From assembly GCA_033762115.1 (NCBI GenBank), contig JANRLX010000129.1:1-64000 (forward strand): DNA of 64,000 nt, in the 5' to 3' direction. The DNA is from Verrucomicrobiota bacterium. GTDB taxonomy: Bacteria > Verrucomicrobiota > Verrucomicrobiia > Limisphaerales > SXQI01. The stretch's first letter is position 1, and each line of letters opens with the position of its first letter. A program made the position numbers and the translations under genes. Positions 1 through 10,407 of this stretch are shown one piece after another. The notes under the pieces were generated by a model that was given only the letters and a program-made list of their open reading frames with translations, did not search any database and was not told the DNA's origin.

Positions 1-164
1 AAACCTTCATCAAAGACTTCCTCAGTCAATTCAGCAATCGGAACACTGAAATGCTGCCAGGTGCCAAATGTATCGACGAACTTCGCGTCAACCATCTTGA
101 CCCCCTGCTTCTTCGCATTATCTATAACGCTTTTTGGGGTGGGATTACCGTTTGTTTCTTTCAT
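1..164 (-). CDS. glnA: Glutamine synthetase type I, N-terminal part (runs off window start; not in the ORF track)
   Basis: Manual translation from ATG at 164: MKETNGNPTPKSVIDNAKKQGVKMVDAKFVDTFGTWQHFSVPIAELTEEVFDEG, matching the GS-I N-terminal pattern VDxxFxDxxGxWQH; directly downstream of glnK-amtB. Confidence 0.9.
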   Translation of the reverse strand, partial: MKETNGNPTPKSVIDNAKKQGVKMVDAKFVDTFGTWQHFSVPIAELTEEVFDEG

Positions 165-186
165 CTGGGTTTTTTTGTTGAGATTT

Positions 187-217
187 GACCCGCGCCCGCT
201 TTTGGCAGGCACGGGTC
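187..217 (-). other. GC-rich intercistronic stem-loop between amtB and glnA
   Basis: mRNA GACCCGUGCCUGC-CAAAA-GCGGGCGCGGGUC forms a 13-bp stem with 2 G-U pairs that work only on the minus strand; no U-tract follows. Confidence 0.7.
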
Positions 218-249
218 GATTTGGAACGAACTATTCTGAGCAGTGGAAC

Positions 250-1764
250 TTAAGCGCCGTGGTAACCTTCTTCGCCATGTTCGGCGAGGTCCAGACCAAC
301 GGATTCGACTTCTTCGCTGGCGCGGAGGCCAACGATCAGTTTCACGACGAAGGCAGCGATCAGTGTGCCGACGATGGAGATGACGAGAGTCAGGCCGATT
401 GACTTGATTTGTTCCATCCAGAGGCCGCCATTGGCAACGAGCCCGGCGAGGCCGTTTTGCTTGGCGTAGCCGTTGATTTCAGTGAGGTTTGCATTGGCAG
501 TGCCTGTGGCAAGGAAGCCGGTCATTAAGGCGCCAAGAGTCCCGCCGACAGCATGAACACCGAAGGTGTCGAGCGCGTCATCGTAGCCGAACATGGCTTT
601 GAGTTTGACAACGGCGAAGTAAGGAATGATCCCGGCGAGAACGCCGATGATCATGGCGCCTTTGGTATCCACGAATCCGCAGGCAGGAGTGATCACAACG
701 AGACCGGCGACGACCCCGGAGCAGAAGCCAAGGATGGAGGGCTTGCCTTTGAAGATGTATTCGATCATGGCCCAGACAAAGGCAGCTGTGGCAGCAGCGA
801 GTGTGGTGGTGGTGAAGGCATTTGCGGCGACGCCGTCGGCTGCGAGGGCGCTACCAGCGTTGAATCCGTACCAGCCGACCCAGAGCATGCCGGTGCCGAC
901 CATACAAAGGACCATGCTGTGAGGGGGCATTGGTTCCTTGCCGAATCCCATGCGTTTGCCGAGAAGGATACAGAGAATCAAGGCAGACCAGCCGGAGGAC
1001 ATGTGAACGACTGTGCCACCGGCGAAGTCAATCGCGCGGATCTTTGCGTCACCGTTCCAGACGCCATTCATGAGGCCTGTGACTCCCCAGGTCATGTGGG
1101 CAAGAGGGAAGTAAACGAGGAACATCCAGATGGCAACGAAGAGGAGGATGGCAGAAAATTTCATGCGTTCCGCAATGGCCCCCACGATGAGGGCCGGGGT
1201 GATGATGGCAAACATCATCTGGAACATGGCAAAGACATTTTCTGAAACCCAATAATTATAATTGGTGTTGAGCCCGCTATCGACATCCTTGAAGAAGGCG
1301 TAGCGAAGGTCGCCGATGAAGGGACCGGTGCCATCGGCAAAGACGAGGCTGTAACCGCAGATCCACCAGAGGATGGTGACAAGACCGGCGATGCCCAGAC
1401 ATTGGGCGAGGACTGAGAGGACGTTTTTCCGGCGAACAAGGCCGCCGTAGAAGAGCGCGAGGCCGGGGAGTGTCATGAAGAGCACAAGCGCGGCTGAAGT
1501 CATCATCCACGCGTTATGACCAGGCCCGGGAGCGGAGATGTTGGATTTGACGGTGGCGTCGGCGGCATCGGCGCCGCGTGAGACGTTGTTGATGTAAGCT
1601 TCGAGATCGGCGACCCGTTGGTTGATGTCGGGATCTGCTGGAGCAGTTGCGGCGGTGGCTGCTGCGGCAACGGCGTTGGTTGCTGCTGCTGCTTCCTCGG
1701 CAGCATGAAGCGGGGTAAAGGTGATTGTGGTGAAGGCCGCAATCAGAAGAAAAAGTTTTTTCAT
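250..1764 (-). CDS. amtB: Ammonium transporter
   Basis: FQMMFAIITPAL, DFAGGTVVH, LWVGWYGFNAGS, DDALDTFGVH, GLDLAEHGE motifs; signal peptide and Ala-rich N-terminal extension. Confidence 0.97.
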   Translation of the reverse strand: MKKLFLLIAAFTTITFTPLHAAEEAAAATNAVAAAATAATAPADPDINQRVADLEAYINNVSRGADAADATVKSNISAPGPGHNAWMMTSAALVLFMTLPGLALFYGGLVRRKNVLSVLAQCLGIAGLVTILWWICGYSLVFADGTGPFIGDLRYAFFKDVDSGLNTNYNYWVSENVFAMFQMMFAIITPALIVGAIAERMKFSAILLFVAIWMFLVYFPLAHMTWGVTGLMNGVWNGDAKIRAIDFAGGTVVHMSSGWSALILCILLGKRMGFGKEPMPPHSMVLCMVGTGMLWVGWYGFNAGSALAADGVAANAFTTTTLAAATAAFVWAMIEYIFKGKPSILGFCSGVVAGLVVITPACGFVDTKGAMIIGVLAGIIPYFAVVKLKAMFGYDDALDTFGVHAVGGTLGALMTGFLATGTANANLTEINGYAKQNGLAGLVANGGLWMEQIKSIGLTLVISIVGTLIAAFVVKLIVGLRASEEVESVGLDLAEHGEEGYHGA

Positions 1765-1797
1765 GTTCAGGTAAATGGAAGTGAAAGGGTTAATTGT

Positions 1798-2166
<369 letters not shown>

Positions 2167-2223
2167 TCACCGTGAGCGCTCTGGTGGTTTGCGATCAGGA
2201 AAAGCAAGCGCACTGGCTGCTTT

Positions 2224-2239
2224 AGCACCGGGGATGCCA
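2224..2239 (-). promoter_or_regulatory. sigma54 (-24/-12) promoter of glnK-amtB-glnA
   Basis: Minus strand TGGCATCCCCGGTGCT has exact GG-N10-GC spacing, ~90 nt upstream of the glnK ATG. Confidence 0.75.
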
Positions 2240-2279
2240 CTCTATATGAATGGGGTTAAAACAGTTATAAACATTTGAT

Positions 2280-2292
2280 AATCAATTGATTG
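2280..2292. promoter_or_regulatory. IHF-type binding site
   Basis: AATCAATTGATTG matches WATCAANNNNTTR; the palindromic core also matches on the other strand; lies in an AT-rich tract ~40 nt upstream of the -24 element. Confidence 0.6.
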
Positions 2293-2488
2293 TATAATAG
2301 TGAATTTTTTGCATGATGGAATCGAAGATTTTTCATACCGCGCAAAGTGGCGATTTTTGAGCAGGGCCATCAAATGTGATCAGCAGCGGCTTTGGCCATG
2401 ATGGGGAACGGGTGAGAACAAATGGGAAATGGAAGGATGGATGAGGGACGCTTTTCAAGGTGATGAAAGCAATCCAGAATGATGCAGC

Positions 2489-5400
2489 ATGGAGAGGGAC
2501 AGGATTGAGGAATTAAAGCGTTTGCTGCCGCAATGCATGTTGCGTGACTGGGTGCGGCTGGGATCGCGCCTTGTGCGGTTATTGAGGGATGAACGTCACC
2601 CGGAGCGGCATGATGCTTTGCTGTCGCGATTGTTGGAAGAGGCGGAGAGATCAAGGCAGTTAAGGGAAGAGCGAAGGAGGAGATTGCCGCAGGTAAGTTA
2701 TCAAGAAAACCTGCCGATCAGCAGCCGGAGGGGGGAGATTGTGGAGGCGATCAAAGGGAACCAGGTGGTGGTGATCGCAGGGGAAACGGGTTCAGGTAAA
2801 ACGACGCAAATTCCGAAAATGTGCCTGGAGGCTGGGCTGGGAATTGGAGCGATGATCGGCTGCACTCAACCGAGGCGGGTGGCGGCGCTCTCGATTTCAA
2901 AACGGATTGCGGAGGAACTGAATGTGGAATGGGGAGCGGAGGTGGGATGCAAGATCCGGTTTGACGACCGTTCGAGCGAGCGGAGCTATATCAAACTGAT
3001 GACGGATGGGATTTTACTGGCGGAGACGCAAGGGGACCGGAATTTATCGGAATATGAAGCATTGATCATTGATGAGGCGCATGAGCGAAGTTTAAACATC
3101 GATTTTTTGCTGGGGTATTTGAAGGGATTGCTTGAGCGGAGGCGCGACCTGAAATTGATCGTGACTTCAGCGACGATTGATACGGAGGCGTTCTCCAAAC
3201 ATTTTGGGGGTGCGCCGATTATCGAGGTGTCAGGCAGGACATATCCTGTGAACGTGGTTTACGAGGAGCCGCTGGCAGAGGAGGAGGAGTTGCATTATGT
3301 GGATGGAGCGGTGCAGGCAGCGGAGCGGGTGTTGATTGAAAGTGATCGGGGGGATTTGTTGATTTTCATGCCAAGCGAGCGGGACATCCGGGAAACAGCC
3401 GCGCAGCTGGAGGGGCGGTTTTCCGGGGAGGCTGAAATCATCCCACTTTTCGGGCGATTGAGCTCGGGTGACCAGCAGCGGGTGTTTGCCGCGAGTGTGA
3501 GAAGGAAAGTGGTGGTGGCGACGAATATTGCGGAGACATCATTGACGATCCCGGGGGTGCGGTACGTGATTGATTCCGGTTTGGCGCGGATCAGCCGGTA
3601 TAATCCGCGAACCAGGACGAAGCGGCTGCCGATTGAGCCGATTTCACAGAGCAGCGCGAACCAGCGGAAAGGAAGAGCAGGGCGGGTGGAGGATGGGACC
3701 TGTATTCGTCTTTATTCGGAGCAGGAATTTGCGGCGCGACCGTTGTATTCGCAACCGGAGATTCAGCGGGCGAACCTTGCGGAAGTGATTTTGCGGATGA
3801 AGGCGTTTCGCCTGGGAGAGATCGAGACCTTTCCGTTTCTTCAGCCGCCGACCGGGGCGGCGATTGCGACTGGCTACACATTGTTGCAGGAATTGGGGGC
3901 GTTGGATGAGGATCGGGAACTGACGGAGTTGGGGCGGGACCTGGCGCGACTGCCGATCGATCCCACGCTGGCGCGAATGCTGAGGCAGGCGCAGGAGGAG
4001 CATGCGATACGGGAGTTGTTGATCATAGCGGCGGGATTGAGCGTGCAGGACCCGCGGGAACGACCCCTGGAAGAAAAGGCGCAGGCCGAAACGGCGCATC
4101 AGAAATTCAGCGATGCGCGATCGGATTTCCTGGGGTTATTGAAAATATGGGAATTCATCGAAAGTGAATGGGAACGGGCAAGAACGCAGAACCAGCGGCG
4201 AAAGCTTTGCAAACAGCATTACCTTTCCTACACGAGGATTCGTGAATGGCAGGATTTGCATGGGCAGCTGGAGGATGCGCTTGAGGAGATCGGGGGGTTG
4301 CATTTAAACGAGAGCAATGCGGCGTATGAGGCGATCCATCGTTCGATCCTTGCGGGGTTGGTGGGGCATGTGGCGAAGCGGCAGGAGAAGAATAGTTACA
4401 AGGGAGCGGGAAACAGGAACCTGGCGATGTTTCCCGGATCGAGCCTGCATGAACGAAGCGAGACGCAACGGAAGAAGCAGGGCCCTGAGGGAGTGCAGAA
4501 AAAGGTGCAGCCGGAATGGATTGTGGCGGGGGAGATCGTGGAGACTTCGCAGGTTTTTGCGCGAACGACAGCAGGGATTTTACCGGAGTGGATCGTGAGC
4601 ATTGCGCCGCATTGCTGCAAAACGACTCATCATCATCCACGGTGGAATGCAGCTGCTGGCAAGGTGCTGGTGGATGAGGTGGTGACAATTTACGGATTGG
4701 AGGTTGTGCGGCGGAAGGCTGCCTACGGAAATATCAACGCGGTGGAGGCGACAAAGATTTTTGTAAGGACGGCGCTGGTGGAGGAGCAGATTGCGGTCGA
4801 GAGAAGAGGGGGCGAAATGGAGGATCGAACTGGAGAGCCTGAAATTCCAGCGCAGTATGAATTCATGAGGCACAATCGCGCGGTGCGTCAGAAGGTGGAG
4901 AACTGGCAGACGCGGGTGAGAAGATATGACCTGGGGAGCATTGATGACGCGATGAACCGTTTTTACCTGGGACGAATCCAGAATATTTCATCAGTGCCTG
5001 AGTTGAACCGATTTTTGCGGGGATTATCCAGCCAGGATTTATTGAAGGTTTCAGAAGCAGACCTGACCGGTGGCGAAGCGTTAAGTTTTGATGCGAAGGC
5101 GTTCCCGGATGCGGTGGTGGTGTCCGGGCAGCCGACGGCGGTTTCGTATGCCTACGCGCCGGGGGAGGAGCATGATGGGGTGACGATTCATGTGCCGTTC
5201 ACGCTGGCGGGATCGGTCTCCCCGGCGATGCTGGAATGGGCTGTGCCCGGTTTGCGGGAGGAAAAAGCCGGGGAACTTTTAAGGGCATTGCCAAAAGCGG
5301 TGCGACGGGAATTGATGCCGCTGCAACCGAAGGCAAAGGAGATTGCGGAGGAATTTCGACCCGCAGGGGCATCGTTCCTGAGGGAATTGTCGCATTTTAT

Positions 5401-6559
5401 CAAGGAGCGTTATTGCGTGGAGGTGCCGCATGAGGCCTGGCCGGAGGACCCGATCCCGGCGCATCTGAAGACCCGGGTGGCGGTGGTGGCACCGGATGGA
5501 AAAACGCTCGGTGCAGGGCGGAAAATCCAGGAAGTTTTGAAGGGATTTGAAACGCGGGAGGTGACGAAGGAGGAAGAGCCAAAGGATTGGCAGCGGGCTT
5601 GCGAACGGTGGGAGCGGTTTGACGTGAGGAGCTGGAGTTTTGGCGATTTGCCGGAAAAAATCATGGTCAAAGAGGGACCGGGGCTTCCGGTTTTTGCATG
5701 GCCTGGGTTGAAGGTTGAGGAGGGGAGGGTGTGCCTGCGTTTGTTTCGCACGGAGGAGAGCGCCCGAAAATGGAACGTGGAAGGAGTGAAGCGGCTGGTG
5801 GAGCTTGCGTTACAAAAAGATTTTGGCTGGCTGGAAAAGGAACTGCGGGGATTGAGCAGGGTGGAGCATTTGTATGCAGCACTGGGAACCGGAGAGGAAC
5901 TGAGGGAAACGGCGTTGAGCAATGCGCGGGAGCATGTGCTGGAAGGAATCGCTCCCGGAACAGTTACCGGAGCGGAGTTTCAGGTGGGAGTGGAAAGGGC
6001 ACGGGAAAAAATTCCGGGGCTGGCGCAACGAATGATCGATCAGGTAACAGTCATTCTTGAGGGGCGACAGCAGGTGGCGTTAAAGCTGGGGATGGGAAGC
6101 GGTGCGACACATGGAAGGCAGGCAGCGGGAGGAAAAAGAGTGCTGGTTGATCCAAGCCAATTGAGTGGGCTTTCCGCAGGAAAAGTGAAGAACCGGTTTG
6201 GAAGTGAGCTGGATGCGCTGGTGCCGAAAGGATTTCTGGCAAAGGTGGAATTCAAGCGGTTGACGCATCTGCCTCGTTATTTGAAGGCATTGCTGTTGCG
6301 GATGGAGCGGGCGTCGGTGAACCCGGGCAAGGATGAGGAGCGCGCGAAATTGATTGTGCCGTATGCGCAGGCGTGGAGAGAGTTACAGGGGAGCAGGCAT
6401 TCAGGAGCGGCGCAGGAGGCGGTGAATGAATTGCGCTGGATGATTGAGGAGTACAAGGTTTCGCTGTTTGCGCAGGAGTTGGGGACGGCTTTCCCGGTGT
6501 CGCCAAAACGGTTGGATGACCAGTTGAAGAAGGCGCGGGATCTGGCGCGGAGGGAATAA
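2489..6559 (+). CDS. hrpA: ATP-dependent RNA helicase HrpA (DEAH box)
   Basis: GETGSGKTT, TQPRRVAA, DEAH, SAT, TNIAETSLT, QRKGRAGR; C-terminal LRWMIEEYKVSLFAQELGT. Confidence 0.95.
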   Translation: MERDRIEELKRLLPQCMLRDWVRLGSRLVRLLRDERHPERHDALLSRLLEEAERSRQLREERRRRLPQVSYQENLPISSRRGEIVEAIKGNQVVVIAGETGSGKTTQIPKMCLEAGLGIGAMIGCTQPRRVAALSISKRIAEELNVEWGAEVGCKIRFDDRSSERSYIKLMTDGILLAETQGDRNLSEYEALIIDEAHERSLNIDFLLGYLKGLLERRRDLKLIVTSATIDTEAFSKHFGGAPIIEVSGRTYPVNVVYEEPLAEEEELHYVDGAVQAAERVLIESDRGDLLIFMPSERDIRETAAQLEGRFSGEAEIIPLFGRLSSGDQQRVFAASVRRKVVVATNIAETSLTIPGVRYVIDSGLARISRYNPRTRTKRLPIEPISQSSANQRKGRAGRVEDGTCIRLYSEQEFAARPLYSQPEIQRANLAEVILRMKAFRLGEIETFPFLQPPTGAAIATGYTLLQELGALDEDRELTELGRDLARLPIDPTLARMLRQAQEEHAIRELLIIAAGLSVQDPRERPLEEKAQAETAHQKFSDARSDFLGLLKIWEFIESEWERARTQNQRRKLCKQHYLSYTRIREWQDLHGQLEDALEEIGGLHLNESNAAYEAIHRSILAGLVGHVAKRQEKNSYKGAGNRNLAMFPGSSLHERSETQRKKQGPEGVQKKVQPEWIVAGEIVETSQVFARTTAGILPEWIVSIAPHCCKTTHHHPRWNAAAGKVLVDEVVTIYGLEVVRRKAAYGNINAVEATKIFVRTALVEEQIAVERRGGEMEDRTGEPEIPAQYEFMRHNRAVRQKVENWQTRVRRYDLGSIDDAMNRFYLGRIQNISSVPELNRFLRGLSSQDLLKVSEADLTGGEALSFDAKAFPDAVVVSGQPTAVSYAYAPGEEHDGVTIHVPFTLAGSVSPAMLEWAVPGLREEKAGELLRALPKAVRRELMPLQPKAKEIAEEFRPAGASFLRELSHFIKERYCVEVPHEAWPEDPIPAHLKTRVAVVAPDGKTLGAGRKIQEVLKGFETREVTKEEEPKDWQRACERWERFDVRSWSFGDLPEKIMVKEGPGLPVFAWPGLKVEEGRVCLRLFRTEESARKWNVEGVKRLVELALQKDFGWLEKELRGLSRVEHLYAALGTGEELRETALSNAREHVLEGIAPGTVTGAEFQVGVERAREKIPGLAQRMIDQVTVILEGRQQVALKLGMGSGATHGRQAAGGKRVLVDPSQLSGLSAGKVKNRFGSELDALVPKGFLAKVEFKRLTHLPRYLKALLLRMERASVNPGKDEERAKLIVPYAQAWRELQGSRHSGAAQEAVNELRWMIEEYKVSLFAQELGTAFPVSPKRLDDQLKKARDLARRE

Positions 6560-6587
6560 AAAAGCCGCCCCGTGTTGCAGGGCGGCT
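6556..6587 (-). terminator. Intrinsic terminator of gap, between convergent hrpA and gap
   Basis: Stem AGCCGCCC/GGGCGGCT with a 9-nt loop, followed on the minus strand by a T-run. Confidence 0.8.
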
Positions 6588-6605
6588 GAAAATGGACAAA
6601 CGGTA

Positions 6606-7719
<1,114 letters not shown>

Positions 7720-7777
7720 CGATGAATATAGGGGATTGCTGTGATGAGCGCCGGCAAAAATGCCGAGGCAGCTATCG

Positions 7778-8266
7778 TTAATACATACCGAGACGTGAGA
7801 GTTCGCGCTGAAGTTGTTGCTGGAAAGCTGTGAGATCAGCCGGGGAGGGGCGGTAGCCGGGCTGTTTGGCAGCAAGACCGAGGCGACCCATCTGGTCAAA
7901 ATACCAATCTGCCTCGATGCGGTCCGAGAAGGTCACCTTGCCGCTGGCGAGCATGCCGGGCTTGGCGATCTGATCGGCAGAGACGGTGACCCTGGAATCA
8001 CCAGCAGGAGGAAGTTCATCCTCGAGGGATTCATCACCAGGAGGGAGTTCGGATGAGGAGGGGGAAGGTTGCGCAGGAGGCGCTTTCGGAGCCGGTTTTT
8101 CCGGATCTTTGGGACTCAGTGAAAGATCATCCATGAGGAAGCGAACTTCCATGTAGGTGAGTTTGAGGCCGAGTTCGGAGTCGAGTCGTTTCTGAACTTC
8201 GGAGAGCTTAAGTCCCTGATTAATCCAGTCAGCCACTTTCTGTCGTTGTGTGTCGTCCAGCTTCAT
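7778..8266 (-). CDS. Hypothetical protein (helical N-domain, Pro/Ser/acidic linker, beta-rich C-domain)
   Basis: 162-aa ORF filling the gap between nhaR and gap; protein-like composition. Confidence 0.75.
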   Translation of the reverse strand: MKLDDTQRQKVADWINQGLKLSEVQKRLDSELGLKLTYMEVRFLMDDLSLSPKDPEKPAPKAPPAQPSPSSSELPPGDESLEDELPPAGDSRVTVSADQIAKPGMLASGKVTFSDRIEADWYFDQMGRLGLAAKQPGYRPSPADLTAFQQQLQRELSRLGMY

Positions 8267-8308
8267 TTTTAAATCCCTATACAGTTATGAAGGATGTGGG
8301 GATGGTTT

Positions 8309-9268
8309 TCAACTCCTGTAATTAAAAGGATTCTTTTTGAGGGAGGTTTGAGGTTTTTGATTTTTGGGACGTGAGAAGAGCTGAGTGCGAGCGTTGTTGG
8401 TGAGAGTGAGGAGGGCGGGATGGGTCATGCGACGTTCGGCTGTAATGGCGAAGAATTGTTCCTGGCATTGAGTCGTGCGACCGATGATGCGGAAGCGGTA
8501 GCGCTCAATGGCTTCGGCTTCAACGACGGTGGGGATGGCGATGAAGCCAAGCCCGTCAGCCGCGACCACCTTGGCGAGTGCACCGTCCTCGAACTCCGCC
8601 AGGATGGTGGGTTGCACCCGGATGGATTGGAACCATTGGTCGAGGGAGCGACGGATGTTGGAGGTTTGGGCCGGGAGGAGTGAAGGGGCGCGGTGGAGGC
8701 AGGCTGGGAACGGTTTGTTCATGGAGTTGGCGAGGGTTGGATGAGCGGCAAAGGAAACGCCGCAGGTGCCGAGGGAGTGGTTGAAAGTTTTAAATTTGAG
8801 ATGGGTGGGGGCGGGTTCGTCTGAAAGGAGGACATCGAGCCGATGTTTTGAGAGTTGATCAAGGAGGTCCTCGTTTTTGCCTTCGCGGCAGGTGAGGTAA
8901 ACAGGGGGGGTGGAGGTGAGGAGAGGTTTGAGGATTTGGAAACTGAGCAGTTTGGGGAAAGAGTCCGAGATGCCAACATTGAGACGGAGTCGACGGGTGG
9001 TGGGGGCCTGTTTGACGGCACTGGTGAGTTCCTGCCCGATGGCGAAAATTTCCCCGGCGTAACCATACACCATGTGCCCGGTCTCGGTAAGCGCGAGTGA
9101 CCTGCCTTGTTTTTGGAAGAGCGGTTCGCCGAGGGATTTTTCCAGGAATTTGACCTGGGCGCAAATGGAGGGTTGCGAAACGCGGAGGAGTTCAGCGGCC
9201 TTGCGGAGGGAGCCTTCCCTGGCAACGACCCAGAAATAACGGAGGTGATGGTAATTGAGCCATTCCAT
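8309..9268 (-). CDS. nhaR: LysR-family regulator, NhaR subfamily
   Basis: N-terminus LNYHHLRYFWVVAREGS typical of NhaR; C-terminal ERRMTHP. Confidence 0.85.
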   Translation of the reverse strand: MEWLNYHHLRYFWVVAREGSLRKAAELLRVSQPSICAQVKFLEKSLGEPLFQKQGRSLALTETGHMVYGYAGEIFAIGQELTSAVKQAPTTRRLRLNVGISDSFPKLLSFQILKPLLTSTPPVYLTCREGKNEDLLDQLSKHRLDVLLSDEPAPTHLKFKTFNHSLGTCGVSFAAHPTLANSMNKPFPACLHRAPSLLPAQTSNIRRSLDQWFQSIRVQPTILAEFEDGALAKVVAADGLGFIAIPTVVEAEAIERYRFRIIGRTTQCQEQFFAITAERRMTHPALLTLTNNARTQLFSRPKNQKPQTSLKKNPFNYRS

Positions 9269-9336
9269 ATTCAGAAGTGAAGGTTTCCCGCAAGAGCTCC
9301 TATAAAATGCAAGGCAATCATTTCTGGCAGGATTAT

Positions 9337-9350
9337 TCGATAAAATCTAA
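9337..9350 (+). promoter_or_regulatory. Candidate NhaR operator
   Basis: TCGATAAAATCTAA (T-N11-A LysR box) in the divergent nhaR/terC spacer. Confidence 0.55.
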
Positions 9351-9422
9351 CTGTCCATGAGAAAATGAGTCATTAACGAATTGTGGCAGGATAGGTTAAG
9401 TCATTGCCGCGATTTAAAAACT

Positions 9423-10364
9423 ATGACTGACACGATCTGGCTGTGGGTTGGTTTCAATGTTTTTGTGCTGGCGATGCTGGCGTTGGACCTCGGGGTGTTC
9501 CATCGCAAGTCGCATGTGGTCTCGTTCAAGGAATCGATGGTGTGGTCGGGAGTGTGGATAGCGCTGGCGCTGGTGTTCAATGCCGGGATTTGGTATTATT
9601 CAGGGAACCAAAAGGCGCTGGAATTTTTCACTGGGTATGTGATCGAAAAATCGTTGAGCGTGGACAATATTTTCGTGTTTGCGCTGCTCTTTTCCTATTT
9701 TGCGGTGCCGCGGGAGTATCAGCACAAGGTGCTGTTCTGGGGGATTCTTGGGGCGTTGGTGATGAGGGCGATCATGATCGGGGTTGGTGCGGTATTGATC
9801 AGCAAGTTCGCGTGGATCATTTATGTATTCGGTGCGTTTCTGATTTTGACGGGATTAAAGATGGTGTTGAAAAAGGAGGAGGAGATCCACCCGGAGAACA
9901 ACCCGTTGGTGCGTTGGTTCAAGCGTTGGTTCCCGGTGACGAAGGATTATCGTGGGGACAGGTTTTTCGTGCGGGAGAATGGTGTGTTAATGGCGACGCC
10001 GTTGTTTGTGGTGCTGTTGTGCGTGGAATTCACGGATCTAGTTTTTGCGGTGGATTCGATCCCGGCGATCTTTGCGGTGACGACGGACAGTTTCATTGTT
10101 TATACCTCGAATGTGTTCGCAATCCTGGGGTTGCGGTCACTGTATTTCGCGTTGTCAGGAATGATGCACCAATTTCATTATTTGAAGGTGGGGCTGGGGG
10201 TGGTGTTGGTGTTCGTGGGGACCAAGATGCTGCTGGCGCATACTGCCTACAAGATTGACACGTTATTATCGCTGGGTGTGGTGGGATTGATCCTGGCGGT
10301 TTCGGTAGTTGCCTCCCTGATGTTGCCGAGGAAGGTGGAGGTGAAGGGTGAAACGGCGGGATGA
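9423..10364 (+). CDS. TerC/Alx-family membrane protein
   Basis: EKSLSVDNIFVF, QHKVLFWGILGA, DLVFAVDSIPA, SNVFAILGLRSLYF; start placed at ATG 9423. Confidence 0.92.
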   Translation: MTDTIWLWVGFNVFVLAMLALDLGVFHRKSHVVSFKESMVWSGVWIALALVFNAGIWYYSGNQKALEFFTGYVIEKSLSVDNIFVFALLFSYFAVPREYQHKVLFWGILGALVMRAIMIGVGAVLISKFAWIIYVFGAFLILTGLKMVLKKEEEIHPENNPLVRWFKRWFPVTKDYRGDRFFVRENGVLMATPLFVVLLCVEFTDLVFAVDSIPAIFAVTTDSFIVYTSNVFAILGLRSLYFALSGMMHQFHYLKVGLGVVLVFVGTKMLLAHTAYKIDTLLSLGVVGLILAVSVVASLMLPRKVEVKGETAG

Positions 10365-10407
10365 ACCGGCGATTGACGGGGAAGGGGCCTTGGTTACTGT
10401 CACGACG

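Noticed and set aside
1640..1705. GCT/GCA-rich repeats
   Set aside because: Encode the Ala-rich AmtB N-terminal linker; not a CRISPR or independent repeat
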